Origin: Ginglymostoma cirratum
Lineage: Eukaryota
Assembly: GCA_024137785.1 (NCBI GenBank)
Contig: JAHRHZ010000018.1
Location: 35,380,166-35,444,165, forward strand
Direction of reading: 5' to 3'
Length of the DNA: 64,000 nt
Shown here: piece by piece, positions 51,785 to 64,000 of the stretch
How the letters are laid out: the number at the start of each line of letters is the position of its first letter
Position numbering within the stretch: position 1 is the first letter of the stretch
Program-made: the position numbers and the translations under genes
The notes under the pieces: model-generated
What the model saw: only the letters and a program-made list of their open reading frames with translations
The model's database searches: none
Told to the model about the DNA's origin: nothing

Positions 51785-54700
51785 GTAAGTTTTATGGTAG
51801 AACACTTCAAATAGACAAAAAAGTCTTTCAATCATATATATTTCTCTTTACTGTCATCTCATGTAACAACATAGATCGGGACCATCTTCTGTTTGTGGGA
51901 ATAGAAGTTAAAAGTGTTGTCAGGGAAACGGTTGCAGTGTTATTTATTTAATTCGTTTTGTAACTGTTCTTGTTTTTTGTTTGCATGTATGAGAATAATA
52001 AGACAATTAGCATGCATTGGTCCATATATTCATTCTACCTACTTGTTTCATTGAGATAGAGTTGATGGTATTACCATGACATGCTTAATGATCATCTCAT
52101 TGTTTTTACTTGTAAGTGGAGTATCTACTTGGTTTAACCTAGTTACCATGTTATGTTCCCATCATGCAGTGTCTGGAATAGTGTCTATATGGAGAGTTAA
52201 AACACTGGCAACATAACTCAGTACAGATCTTAAGCTTGGCCTATAATTAATAACGTACAATGCCAGCAGTCAGCTGATCAAATGCCCTCTCCTTGGCAAC
52301 GCAGGTTGGTAGATCCGTTGTGCTTTCTGAGTAATTCTTGCTTTGGATCCAAAATCTGCACTTGCTTTAACTAGTGATTGTGAAATGGTAACCATAGCTT
52401 CCAAGAGCTTTGAACAAAAACTATTGAATTCATTTTTGTGAACCTTTCAATGGAAAAGGCACACAGAACAGTCAAACATTGTTGGGTGTAAAATAATGTT
52501 TTAACTATTTATTGTAACACTGTAACTGTTGTGGTATTGGATGTTTTGTGCAAATTCAAAATGAATATCCCGAGAATTATGACTCACAAGTGACCTGTCA
52601 CAGAGTTTCCAGCATCATTTCCCGCTTTCAAAATAAATCTCGCAAAATATCATTCAATATGCATATGGGTGTTTAGAAAATTCAATTATTGAAAATGCGG
52701 TACTGGTAGCAGAACAGATACCAATTTTAGATAAGGTGACCATGTAGCAGATTAAAATATAAACTCTTCAATTCCTTAGTTTCTCAGTGTTCTGATTTCT
52801 ATATCTTATTAAGACTTTTTGCTTGAATGCTGACGTCACTATTCATTAGTACCACTATTAAGCTTTATGATATCATGATATATTGTAAGATGTGCAAAAT
52901 ATGATTTGTTGGCATTTTAGGCGCATTTCATGCTTTTTTTAAAGAACAAAGAAGTGTTAGGAACTTTAGATATAAATGTAGGTGATGAATAATTGAACAT
53001 GCAATGTCATTTGCTGTCCCTTAATTTAGCTACTAGGTTAGATGGTTTGACATGAAGTTTAGACAATAGTGTGCATTATCTGTTGAAGGCTAGAGGACAC
53101 TTTGCTTACTTGGCAGCTAAGCTGATGCCTGCCAGGTGAAGGAAATCCATTTGCAAATGAAGGTACTTTGTAACCAAGATCGGTTTCTGAGGAATATTGT
53201 TTTATTTGGAAAAATAAAATTGCTACAAATTGTGCCTATTGAAGGTGCGTGTTTTGCATTCACATATCAGGTAATGCATTTCTAATGTTTCTCCCCCCAT
53301 ACTCCACCCTAGCAGCTGGGAAATCTTGACTTCATTAGACTGAACATATTTGCCTCAGGCTCTTTGAAGTAATTGAGTTGTAACTCAGGTTAGATTTTAA
53401 GGGTTTGAATTGTTATCTTAGGTTTTATGGTTAGATGCTCTAGTTAAATTTTAGGTTCATGATTAAATGTGAGGCTACAAACTGGGGTCAGTGCATTGTT
53501 TTTAAGGTTTACATTCCGTGACTCGACTGAATGATCTGGTTATTCTTTTGGGGTTATGGCTTGGAGTTTGATGCTTGGGGTCTTTCAATGGCTGAACAAA
53601 ATTTTAGAGAAAAAGATGCAAATGACAAACACACCATGACAAGTGGATTTTAAAATGCTGCAATCTTCATGAAACATGGTTACTTTAATTATTTTTTATC
53701 TGGAGAGGATGGACTCTGTGGCATTTTTGTTATTGTGATCTAATTTTATTGCTAGTGCATTTTGTTTGCCTGGAAAGTATGTGTCCTAAGTACCATATCA
53801 TAGTTGTTAGACTGTACACTGCAGTACAACTGAGCAATTAAAATGGCAGTCTTTAAGTTGTGCACTGACAGTAACTCTTCCTGATTTTGTAGGATGACAA
53901 AGATCTTGATGGATTTTTATCAGCGGCCTCAAGGAAGCAAATGTATAGTTATTATGTTGGCTGCTGTCTCGCTTCTGTTATTCCTGGTTGTAGTTTTTCC
54001 AAGAATGGATTCTGAAATATTTCTTTGTGTTTAGCATCACAGTACAACTTTGCTTTTTTTTTGGGGGATGTGAGCTTTGGACAAATGTCAGCACATCTGA
54101 AAGTTGACTTAATAACATGCCATGTTGATCAGTCAAGTGATGCTGGATTCCTAGATTATGAAGTCCATGATAAGGATAGTTCCATAACACCTACCCATTC
54201 TTGCATGAAGAAAACAAACATAGTCCAGATACTAAAAAGGTATACTGCATTTTTTATTCTAGTTCCCATGTACTTACCTTTGTTTTCTCACAGAAGGCTG
54301 TTTGATACTTCATAGTTTATTTTAGTAGAATGCAGAATTAACTAATTTAACAATGATTCCGATATCAGCACTTTTCATGACTGTCAGAAGGAACTCTCTT
54401 TAAGCAGATGAGTCAGTTATGACTTTCATTACTCTTCATTCCTCAGTTTTCAGTAAATTGTACAAATATATCAAATTGGAATGGTATGTAGAATGGCATA
54501 GCCTTTATTTTGGATTTGGAAGAATGTGTGCTTTTTGCACAGACTCAACATCCCCATTTCTCACATCAGGCATTCTTTTGCCTTTGAGTGGATGGAAAAT
54601 TCAGTGTCACATTATGGATAGTTTTCTGTCTGACTCATGTTTTCGACAAATCAAATCCATTTCACTTGGAGCTTTTCTGCGTTGTTAAGCAGGTCATCTG

Positions 54701-57079
54701 CCTCACTTCTTTGGATTCATTTCAAATTCATGCCCAAGAAGCAAAAAGATGGTGTTCTTAATCTCCTGTCATACTCAATCATCTGTCATGGGTCTTGACC
54801 CTCAATGGTAGCATTGGTTGATAGTATAATTTTCTCCTTAGACGTAGCAAGGACTGTGCAAAAACTTTGTACTTTGTTAGAAATGGCAAATGAACTTCTT
54901 TGAATTACTTTTTGTGAATACAGGTTGGTATAAAGGTGCAGTCATACTCCAGAAATCTCACTGAAACAATAAATGCTGTGTGCATTGGTTACGTTTTTGG
55001 TGAATGTTTGACATTATGTTTGTTTCACTAATTACTAAACCAGTCTATTTGCTTAGTACTTGCTTTTCTATAGTGCAACAATCTCTCACAAAAGACTAAT
55101 GCTGAATTCCGATTCAGAATGATGTTGATACTTAGACTCTGCCTGGATAGTGAGTTTTACCCCTGGGTCACATCAGCTGGAAAATGGAATGAAAATGGGC
55201 AGTTGGTGAGTGGTTTTTCATATCATGTTAGGTAGTCTAAGGAGAGACACTGTTCATGTTTTGTTGCTTGCTCAATTAAAAAGGATAGCCTGGATGTTGG
55301 ACTTGGGATTAAAGAGTAAAATTTGCAAGTAAAGAGTACAAATTCTTTGCAACATCATTGTCAGTTAAATAAAAATAACTGATAAACAGACTTAGCTTGT
55401 AGTTAATGGAAACAGTAAGTAGTGTTGGTGGAGGTTAGCAATCAATATAGACCTCTATTTAAGGTGATTCCAGACCAGTAGTGGATACTATACCATCAGT
55501 GTTCAACTTGTGCCTGTGAGATCTGTGATGCATAAGATGCAAGTACGCAGAGACGGTGTTACGGTGTGGGGGTGATCGAAACAGTCTATATTCTTTCAGT
55601 GACCTGTTGCAATATTTTATTTGTTTACTTAACACTATTTAATAGAGCTTTTTAAGATGATAATTTAGTGAAAATTAATCTTAAATATTTTAAATTAGAC
55701 AAAGAAAAAATATGCCATTTCAGAAAGCAAGCAATTGCTGTTTAAGTATCGGTGTCGCAACATTAGGTTCAACAAGAGTCACTCTATGGAAACTAAAATT
55801 TGATACATAGTAGTTACAATCTGCAAAATAAATAGAGATTACAACATGGAAACAGGCTATTTGGCCCACCCAGTCTCTGTCAGATTTAGAATCTTAGAAT
55901 TAGAAATTAATTTTGGATAAAATTATCAATACGGGCGGAAGCAATCACACTACAGGCTGCTTAACTACTTTATTCAAGCAGAGATGTACATTCAGATAAT
56001 ATTCAACTGAACTTTTGGGGGTTTACTAATCCCTCAGGCAGGCTCAGTGTAAAGGGCAAACATATTTATAGTAATCCAAATCAGACTGCAATGAATGCAT
56101 TGCATACTACTTTATGGTTTACTTATGTAACACAATTACATAAAATGTGACATGTAGATCACTTTTCCATATATATTTAAACAAAAATAAAAGCATAGAC
56201 ATTACTTAGATAAAATGAAAACGTTTGAATTTCCCTTCAGTAATTTACCATGATGTGTTTAAAAACAAATGAGACATCACGTAGCTTGATAATTTCCCAT
56301 GACCGAGTCACCAGCATGAAGCATGTAATTTAGCATGATTTAAGATGCATATCTCTGGTTTTGTGTGTTGTTTCCAGATAGGTTTTCGTTTCTCTGACCT
56401 TTTCTGATACATTTTTGGCAGTTACCGTGATTATTTCGTTTTGCTCAGTATATGCGTGTCACCCAGGTTATTGCTGGCAAAGAAAGCAATATATTTAGGC
56501 AGTCTACCTAAGCTAGACTATAACCAATTGTGCCACTGGAAATACTGCAGCATACACAACATTATTGAAAAAGTGCATTTGGTTACTTTAGAAGTGAAAG
56601 ATGCTGACCTTTTCTACACAATTTAATAGATTTCACAAGTATTTTTCAGCTTTTTTATTCTTGAGCACATTCTCACCATCACACATAACTCGTCTACTTG
56701 AAGAGAACAGGTGAATCATTACTAGTTTTCTGCCTATGGTGCTAAACAAAGAATGAATTAATGCCTCTCCTAGTAAGAGTAAATTAAATAGATCTGTGAG
56801 AAAATTGCATGAGCTTTGATTTCCAGCTTTAATTTTTCTATTTCTGTCTTATGTATCTTGCCTCAGTGTAGCATTTACTCAGCCATCTCAGCTGATGTTG
56901 GGTTCGCACCACATGGAGAACCACAACTTTAAGCTTACAACCTACACTCCATAGTGAAGCAGCTTTCCTGTTAGATTTCTGCTGTTATTTTCCGGTCACC
57001 TTGTTGGGGTTACACTTTTTTAAATGTAGTGAAATGCACACACTAATAGTATGACATTTGAAGTACATAACCGAGTTCG

Positions 57080-57565
57080 AATATTGCTGGAAAGAGAGAC
57101 ATAGTATCAAAGCTTTTTGTCTTTGCATCCATCAGGACAAGTGCAATTATGCCAAATTTCAAATGATCAGAACAATTTACATGACAAGAGACAAGATGTG
57201 GGTTTGTTGACAAGTTGATTCTGACTGAGGCATTCCCATGAGTAAAACAACAAGGAACTATGGGCTTCTGAAGTTGCCATGTAGTTTGAAAAAGGGTAGC
57301 ATCCTGTCTGTAAACACATTTTGCCTACACGCAAGAGCAACATCAAGATTAAGTTTCTGTGCCAGTTCAATGCCATCTAGGCAAGCTGCATGTCCCAGTG
57401 ATTGGCTGATCAAACTAAACAGCATGTTTCCTTGGTTGTTCGTAATAGGCAGAGTACATATTGTACTCAAACAAGCCTGCATTTGCGAACTCCAAAATAA
57501 AGCATCTGTAATCACATCTGTTTCCACAATTGGGCAGCATTTGCTGAACAGTCCCAAGTACCTCT
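57080..57565. mobile_element. Penelope-like element (GIY-YIG end) with internal inversion
   Basis: Plus 57375-57560: ..SQ*LADQTKQHVSLVVRNRQS..STIGQHLLNSPK (GIY-YIG region). Minus 57365-57085: ALACRQNVFTDRMLPFF, 3' UTR and a decayed hammerhead GTC-CTGATGG..AAAA-AGCT-TT-GAT (57138-57106). Confidence 0.75.
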
Positions 57566-58839
57566 GCTGTCCAAACCCCCAGTCCTCATTCACAACTTCC
57601 CCTTCTTCCCTACTACCATTGGCATTGTCCACTTTCTGTGAAATTGAAAAACTGATATTGTCTCTAGCAATGGCTGCACCGTACTCCGCAAGAAAGAAAA
57701 CTCCTCTGATATTTTGGAAATTTTAAAGTTGAAAGGTTAGTGGAACCCATTCAGCAAAGTCTGCCTCAACCCAAACTGTTGCAAGTTGTTTCAATCTAAT
57801 TGGGATAATACTGAATTGAAGCATCTGAAATAGACATGATGTGGATAACTTTAAATACAGTATTACCTGTACTGACTTGCGCTCACTGTTAGTCAGGAAG
57901 GTGAAGTGTGGCTTGTACAACTAGGTTGATAATTATAAAGGTGGCCACTTATATTGTGTCTTTTGTGGAACTTCAAACATTGAATACTAATATTTATGAA
58001 ACCTGTTAATGGTTAAGATAGTTATTCTTTGTAATGTTGTGAAGCTAAAAATGATCAGAAAGCAATTGTTTTTACTATTTTATATGGTCTGCATAAACAA
58101 ATTTGAGAAAAAAATTTCTAGATTTATTAAGTTATTAAATATCTTACAAATCCCGAAGACAGATAGTTTTGAATAGCTAAAGTGTGCTACATTTAATGAC
58201 ACTGTTTGTAAAAGCAAATTCTAAGCTTAGGCAATTTGGAAATGTTGGGAAAAGCCAAACAGATAAATTTGCTTTAAACATCAAAATGATATTCGTAGTA
58301 TAACTTCCACATGTAGAATGGAATTACTGAGAACCTATTTTCACAGTGGCCTGTTTCAATTGAAAAATTTGGCAGAAACGTGAATGTTAAATTGCTGAGT
58401 TTGCCATGTACACCTGCTAATTCTGGTTTTTGTCATGCTGGTACCTGTCTAACCCTCTTTAATAGCTCTGTCATGCTTAGCCATTTACTGGGCAATGGGC
58501 GGTCAGAATCGGCACAGTTCCAAGGGGAAAAAAACACAGTTGATTGTTTTGGGATCAAGGAAAGATTCTTTAGCAATGCAGTTCAGTAAATGGTTTAATG
58601 TCTATACTGGTGCTGTCATCCTCTGAACCTTAAAAGGAAGACACACAAACACTCTACAGTAAACCTTCTTTTTCCAGTTACTTGAAACAGTTTAAAATAC
58701 TGTATAGAAGAAAACCATCACATTTGTTCGTAAGTTGGCTATTTTCCCACAGGGAGACATTCATGAGTCATTGTCACCTATTGTAGCAAGGATTGGACTC
58801 TAACACTGAGCATGCACTGTCCATATTTATGCCTCTAGC

Positions 58840-59830
58840 TTCTTTCAAAGTGCTTGTGGGGAAATCAGCAACATCAGTTAGTTTGCTGTATGAATGGTAA
58901 TGTGGCACATCACTGACATAATGTGTGGGCGTAGTCTGATATTCGGAAAGTAACAGCATTGGATTTTCTCACATTTCTAGATTCCCACAGGTGGTGGGCA
59001 TTGTCACGCGCATGCACATAGCCCTGCACACTGTCCTCCTTGAAGCAGATCAGTTTTTGAACAGAAAAGGCTTCCATTCGCTCAGTGTGGAGCTTGTTTG
59101 TGATCACATGAGGCCAGTGTCTGGTATCCCGGCTATGGTCAGAATGCTTTCATAACATGCATATTCTGAATATCCTCTCTGTAGCACCTGACATTGGTGT
59201 AGAGCAAGGCTGGGAGTCAAGCAGAGAAGATGGAGGTGCAGCTCCTTCTTGAAACCAATCAGTGGCTTGCTATGCTATTTCAGAGAGCAGGTAAGAGTCA
59301 ACTACATTGCTGTGGTTCTGGACTAGAGCCGAAAGGGATGACAAATTTCCTTCCCTAAAGAACATTGGCTTTTAAAGCAATGTGGTATGTTCATGGTCAT
59401 CATCACTGATATTAGCTTTTTATTCCAGGTTTGTTTAACTTAATTTAGATATGTCAGGGTGAGATTTGAATTTATATTTTTGGATTATGAGTCCAGTAAT
59501 GTAATCACAATGGCATTGTACTTTCATACAATCTTATGCTGATTTCCAAGCTTCTAGCTCATGTATCTTTTCAGTAACCCTGGCATAAACATGTAGCTCA
59601 GAAATAATGACTCATGCCTCAACAAGGGTTGTCATCAAGCAACCTATTGGTATCCTGAAGCAACAATCACATGTCGTTGACAAATTGGAAGAGTTTCATC
59701 AGGCCAGTCTTAAGTGTGTCTCCAGTTTCTTAATGCTGCCTCTCAATCCAGTTATTAAAAGGGAAATTACTTTGAGGATACCTGGAGAGGAAGATATGGA
59801 ATGGGAAGATAAAGAAGGAATTGAAGAAAG
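58840..59830 (+). mobile_element. PIF/Harbinger transposase relic, split by a SINE
   Basis: FSHISRFPQVVGIVTRMHIAL...QFLNRKGFHSLSVELVCDH (58965-59110) and HASTRVVIKQPIGILKQQ (59610-59670). Confidence 0.88.
59295..59520 (-). mobile_element. tRNA-derived SINE
   Basis: gtcaactacattgctgtggttctggact...atttccttccctaaagaacatt...ttcatggtcatcatcactgatattagctttttattccag...gagatttgaa...tggattatgagtccagtaat is the reverse of a common shark SINE. Confidence 0.7.
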
Positions 59831-60779
59831 CAGACAAACATGGCCCAACCGCAAGCATCCAGAGGTGCTATATAGAAGTGATTCTCTTAATTAGTCCCTT
59901 CCTCCCCAACACCAATAGGTTCTTCATTCATTTGATCTAATCCTCAGACCAACGATATTATTGCCCTCAGTCTGCACAACTTTTGAGTTCTGCTTGTGCC
60001 GAAAGCATTAGGAAGACAAAACAGGTATACCAAAAACAAATATTTAATTTTGTTACTAAATCACACTTCTTTCTTGATTTGACAAAAGTTGATTTGGTTT
60101 CTATCTTACTATAAATCAGCTATGGGCAATCCATAATGCCTGCCTTCTGTTGGTGGCACGTGACCAATTCTAGTGCACCTGGAATGTTGTTCCTGTGTAA
60201 CTAGAGCTCAGGACATGGGAGGTTACTGAAATTCTGCCGATAGTATTTGAGATGGCTGTGCTGAGCACCCTCAATAGGATCTGAATGCTGAGCTGGTTAC
60301 TGACTGCTGGGAGTTAGCTTTGGTCAGGGTGATCTGATCCAGCTGGTTGTCATTGTTGGAAAGAGAGTGACCTGGGAACCAGAAAATTCCCTCATCATTG
60401 ACTTTGCTTTGCTCTGCACTCCAACAAGAGAGCCATAATACACTGTGAGACTCTCTGAGATCCTACTCATGCTCACTTTCAATCTTTGTAAACTGGTAAA
60501 TAGCTCTGTAGCCAAAGTCAAGGTGCTAAGTATCTGAGCTTCTGTCGAATAAGTCAGAGCTGTTACCAATTAATCCATAAGAGTGGGGATCCTGCAGTAT
60601 TCATAGAGCTGAAACACATTCTGTCCCTCTGCCCTTGCTCCTACATACTCATGTTGGACGGGTCTTCAAATGCAGACACTCCTTAAGCATGCACAGTGAC
60701 AGGCTGTAAGCTGGTAACAGCAGTTTTGAGGTTGAGGTACGTTTCCTGTTCTTGTTTGCTGCTGGCCTTTTGTTCCCCC

Positions 60780-61275
60780 CGGACCAGGAATGGAAGCCAC
60801 GAGACTGGACCAGACCAGCTGGTCCGGGATTGCCACCCAGGTTAAAACAGTCTTAGCTACCCGAAGGAATGCCCAGTGCTGCAATTACCTTCTCAATTCT
60901 GTCGGAGTAAATGCCGCCATCTTCTCTCCAATACTTCACACTTACTCCATCCCCACTACTGCATCTACTTCCCACCAAAGCTTAACCTTTGCCACTCTCA
61001 TTATTACCTACAATATTTCTCACACTGTCACCCTCCCCAACCCCTGATGGCTCTAACCCTACATGCCCTCTGCGCTACTTGTTCAGGACACCTCCCCACA
61101 TATACCAAAAGGAACGGCTATGCCAGTCACTTTAATCGCCTGTAAGACTTGTCCCTCTCATTCCGGGGGTAAAATAGTCCCCAAAAGGGCAGAAAGAGAC
61201 AAGATGGGTGATGGGATGTCTCTCATTCTGCTCCTCACCTCTTATGTGGAGAACATCCTGAATCTGACTATGCTG
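60780..61275 (+). mobile_element. Harbinger Myb/SANT (second gene) relic with intron
   Basis: SWSGIATQVKTVLATRRNAQCCNYLLNSVG, GTAAAT donor, then KIVPKRAERDKMGDGMSLILLLTSYVENILNL (pattern W..IA..V...R...QC; KxAHNRRERxxTGGG..LTxYEE). Confidence 0.7.
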
Positions 61276-62194
61276 AATTGCTGAAAGACTGCCCCTAGGC
61301 TGCTGGACTGGTATTGGAGGCTACCCTAGACTTAGTGTGCCAGGGAACCCTGTATGAAAGTTATGCCTCTTGAATTGACGGAGGACTGCTAATACCCATG
61401 ACAAGCTTCCTGGCTCTGTGTTTGAGCTAAATAGCAAAGCAAGAACCAAGTAACATCCGTTTCATATATCTGGCCGAGTGGCTTCATGCAAAAAGGCAAG
61501 GCAATGCAAGGCAGGAATGATGTGACTGTACAGGTAGGCTTAGAAGGGCTGTTCACTATGACAGCAAGTGAAGAGCCCAAAGATGCAGCCTGGCCCAATC
61601 TATGGGCTGTGTGATTGTCCCTGAGTGCACAGTGTCCTTGCAACAGCATTACAATAGTGCAGCACTGACATGCAGAAATGTTATGTAAGTGGATCATAAA
61701 TGTGTTAAGAAGATTCTTAAAAGCTGATATGCTCCACATCCGACATGTATGTGGTGGGTGCCCTGAAATGTTACTATCCATTGTCCAACGCAGAGATTAT
61801 ATGGAAAAGTGGCATGTTGTCTCCACCAGGTACCTGCTGTGGTATCAATTTTTTTCCTCTCCTTTAACCTGTTTTGTGCATTTGGCAAGATAAGAAAGCT
61901 GAATATTACTGAGGCAAGTTGTGCCATTAAAAATGTAATTACCAAGCATTAATTGACCTTAATTGGCAACTTGTGCTGCCTAGCAAGAAACTCCCATGCC
62001 TGCTTGTGAAAAGCATAAAAGATGGTACCAGATGCTGCTGATGTCAAGATGGGCCTTGCTGGACTTTTCGTCTGATTTTGCTGTACTCCTTGGTGTAGCC
62101 CACTTTGCTTAGACCCACAGAAGATCCACCGTTTGTCTTGGGCACAGTCCTCTCTCATACTCTTCGCACAATGCCACCTTTTTGCACTCAAGCC

Positions 62195-62335
62195 TGGCAA
62201 TTACCTTCACTGTTCTACCGGAGTAAGAGCTGCCATCTTCTCTCCAAAACTTCACACTTACTCCATCCCTACTACTGTACCCAGTTCCCACCAAGTCTTA
62301 TTCTCTGCTGCTCTCATTATTACCTACAACATGCC
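62195..62335 (+). repeat. Diverged second copy of 60881-61015
   Basis: gcaattaccttc...cggagtaa..gccatcttctctccaa.acttcacacttactccatccc.actactg is present at both sites. Confidence 0.85.
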
Positions 62336-64000
62336 TGGTGGATAGAAGAGGCCCCACCTTCAGTTGACTTTTTCCACCAAGACCTCAAAATTGGGGTCTG
62401 AGCAAAAAATGGAGCAGGGCCTTGTGTCTTTTCCTGTATCTGGCATTGCCCACGGAGTGTACGTCCCCCTTATGAGGTGCAGCTTGCCTTTGAATTGCAT
62501 CAGGTATGTAGAGAACCGGCGCCCCCATCAGGTCAGTTGCCTGTCAATAGTGTGAGTTTTGTTGGCAGCGTGCCTGTCGTTATTGATGAGATCCAGTTGT
62601 TTGAGATCTTCCTTGTAGGCAGGTGATTAGCCAGTGTTGTGACAGCAATGTCCATTCTGCCTCCAAAAGCCCACTCCAAGCAACTTCAGGGTTTCATGTT
62701 GCCATGTTTATCTGTATTAACATATCATTAGGAAACCAATTCATCCAACCTCATGTTTTGAAAGAAATCTAAAAGTATTTTCAAGCTAGCATTTTATTTA
62801 GCTCTATATCTGGCATTTTTTTTTAACACTGCTGCTCTAGATGATTTTATTTATTTTAGGTTTAAATATGCTCTGTTGATAAACAGGGGGGAAATTTTGA
62901 CTAACCTCTAAACTGTAGTTTTCATGTGCTAGAATAAAGCTGAATGGCACCAAAATGTAAAGACAATAATGTTGAAAGGATAATATATCTTGTGACATCA
63001 ACATTTAAGTCACTGCCCTATACCAAGCTCATTTTTGTATAACTAATACACCAACCCTCTGCTTTAGAAATGCAAGGAGAGGGCAGGCTAGGCTTTTCTA
63101 ATCATGTTGAATGCTAGGTCATAGATCTGTCTCCCTGAGAGAGAAGCAAAAATATTTGTGCATATTTTATGTACAATTCTAATTTAATCTTAAAAATAGA
63201 TGGTCATACATGAACCCTATGTATGCAAATTCTGTTATGGTTTCCAGCTAGTTCTGCCTGATCACAATATGTACTATTGAAAGTCACCAATTTTACTTGT
63301 CTAGTCCCAGAATGCTATAAAACTGGCTGCTTGTCACTGAACTGCAGGTTCTGTCTCTGACTACAAGTCATTTGCATGTAAAAGTCATATTATCTGCCTC
63401 GGAATTTGGCTTATAATCTTTTTTATAAGGGAACATTTACTGAATTACTTTATTTTCCCCCATTTAAAATATTTCATAAATTTTTCTGGACTTTGGCAAC
63501 GTTAGTTTTACTTCAGCAAACCAAGAATGGACTGTGTTGTGATCTGTGGTATTTATAGATGTGAGCTGAAATAACCTCTGCTCATATCAGACAGTGTTGC
63601 AGCTTCTTACATTGTGCACAGTTACCAAATTAAGAATTTCGCATTCTGAAAGCTGAAAGACCACCTCAGTAATAAAAATTTGCAAGTGTTGTATGTTGGC
63701 TGAGAATCATGTTGTATTATAAAGGAGCAGTTTACACAGTTCGCACTGGGAGAGTTTTTAAAAAATGAAGTTTTACTGAAATCCAAAGACTATTTCAGTG
63801 CATTTATTCCTTCTAGAAAGCTTTGCATCAGTCTGTACTAAAAATGTTTATACAATATATATTTTGATATTTCCCCTGCGATAAACCGATGTCATTGTCT
63901 TGGGCAAGAGCAAAACAAAAACACAGCAGTGTAATAAGTGTAGTTGGCATTACTCCCCAGTTTGTGTTTTGCAGCTACACAAGATTCAAACTTAGATGCA

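Noticed and set aside
46800-51800. Naming the gene (e.g. MEF2C, SOX6, HDAC9, ESRRG)
   Set aside because: Motif content is compatible with several multi-promoter regulators, but no recognisable coding sequence is in the window.
53380-53470. Degenerate TTAGG-like repeats (also 33487, 51696)
   Set aside because: Too short and irregular for an interstitial telomeric array.
57238-57726. 162-aa ORF (and opposite 124-aa ORF)
   Set aside because: Chance read-through across an inverted Penelope relic.
1-64000. CRISPR arrays, rRNA, true tRNA genes, prokaryotic operons
   Set aside because: None seen; the DNA is vertebrate and the tRNA-like segments are decayed SINE heads.

Overview
Vertebrate genomic DNA, AT-rich and repeat-rich. 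The repeat families (CR1/HER1-type LINEs, Deu-domain SINE, Penelope-like elements, PIF/Harbinger relics) point to a cartilaginous fish (shark/ray); this is inference, not a database result. I see no intact protein-coding ORF: the ORFs in the track are either transposon debris or chance frames. The first ~41 kb is a transposon graveyard interspersed with AT-rich, homeobox-motif-dense blocks resembling conserved non-coding enhancers. It holds a decayed Ty3/Gypsy LTR element with Penelope and CR1 pieces nested inside it, an RTE LINE inside a CR1, two two-gene PIF/Harbinger relics (a third lies at 58.8-62.4 kb), and Penelope termini carrying minimal hammerhead-ribozyme motifs. From ~41.6 to ~51.8 kb is a CpG-retaining, nearly transposon-free domain that starts at a CTCF-like motif. 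It contains several candidate alternative first exons on the + strand (MEF2/TATA-, GATA- and HRE-associated) and a clean 56-nt internal exon (51729-51784). This looks like the 5' end of a large, multi-promoter regulatory gene that I cannot name. A separate candidate minus-strand first exon lies at ~26.5-26.7 kb. Repeat boundaries are approximate (read by eye).
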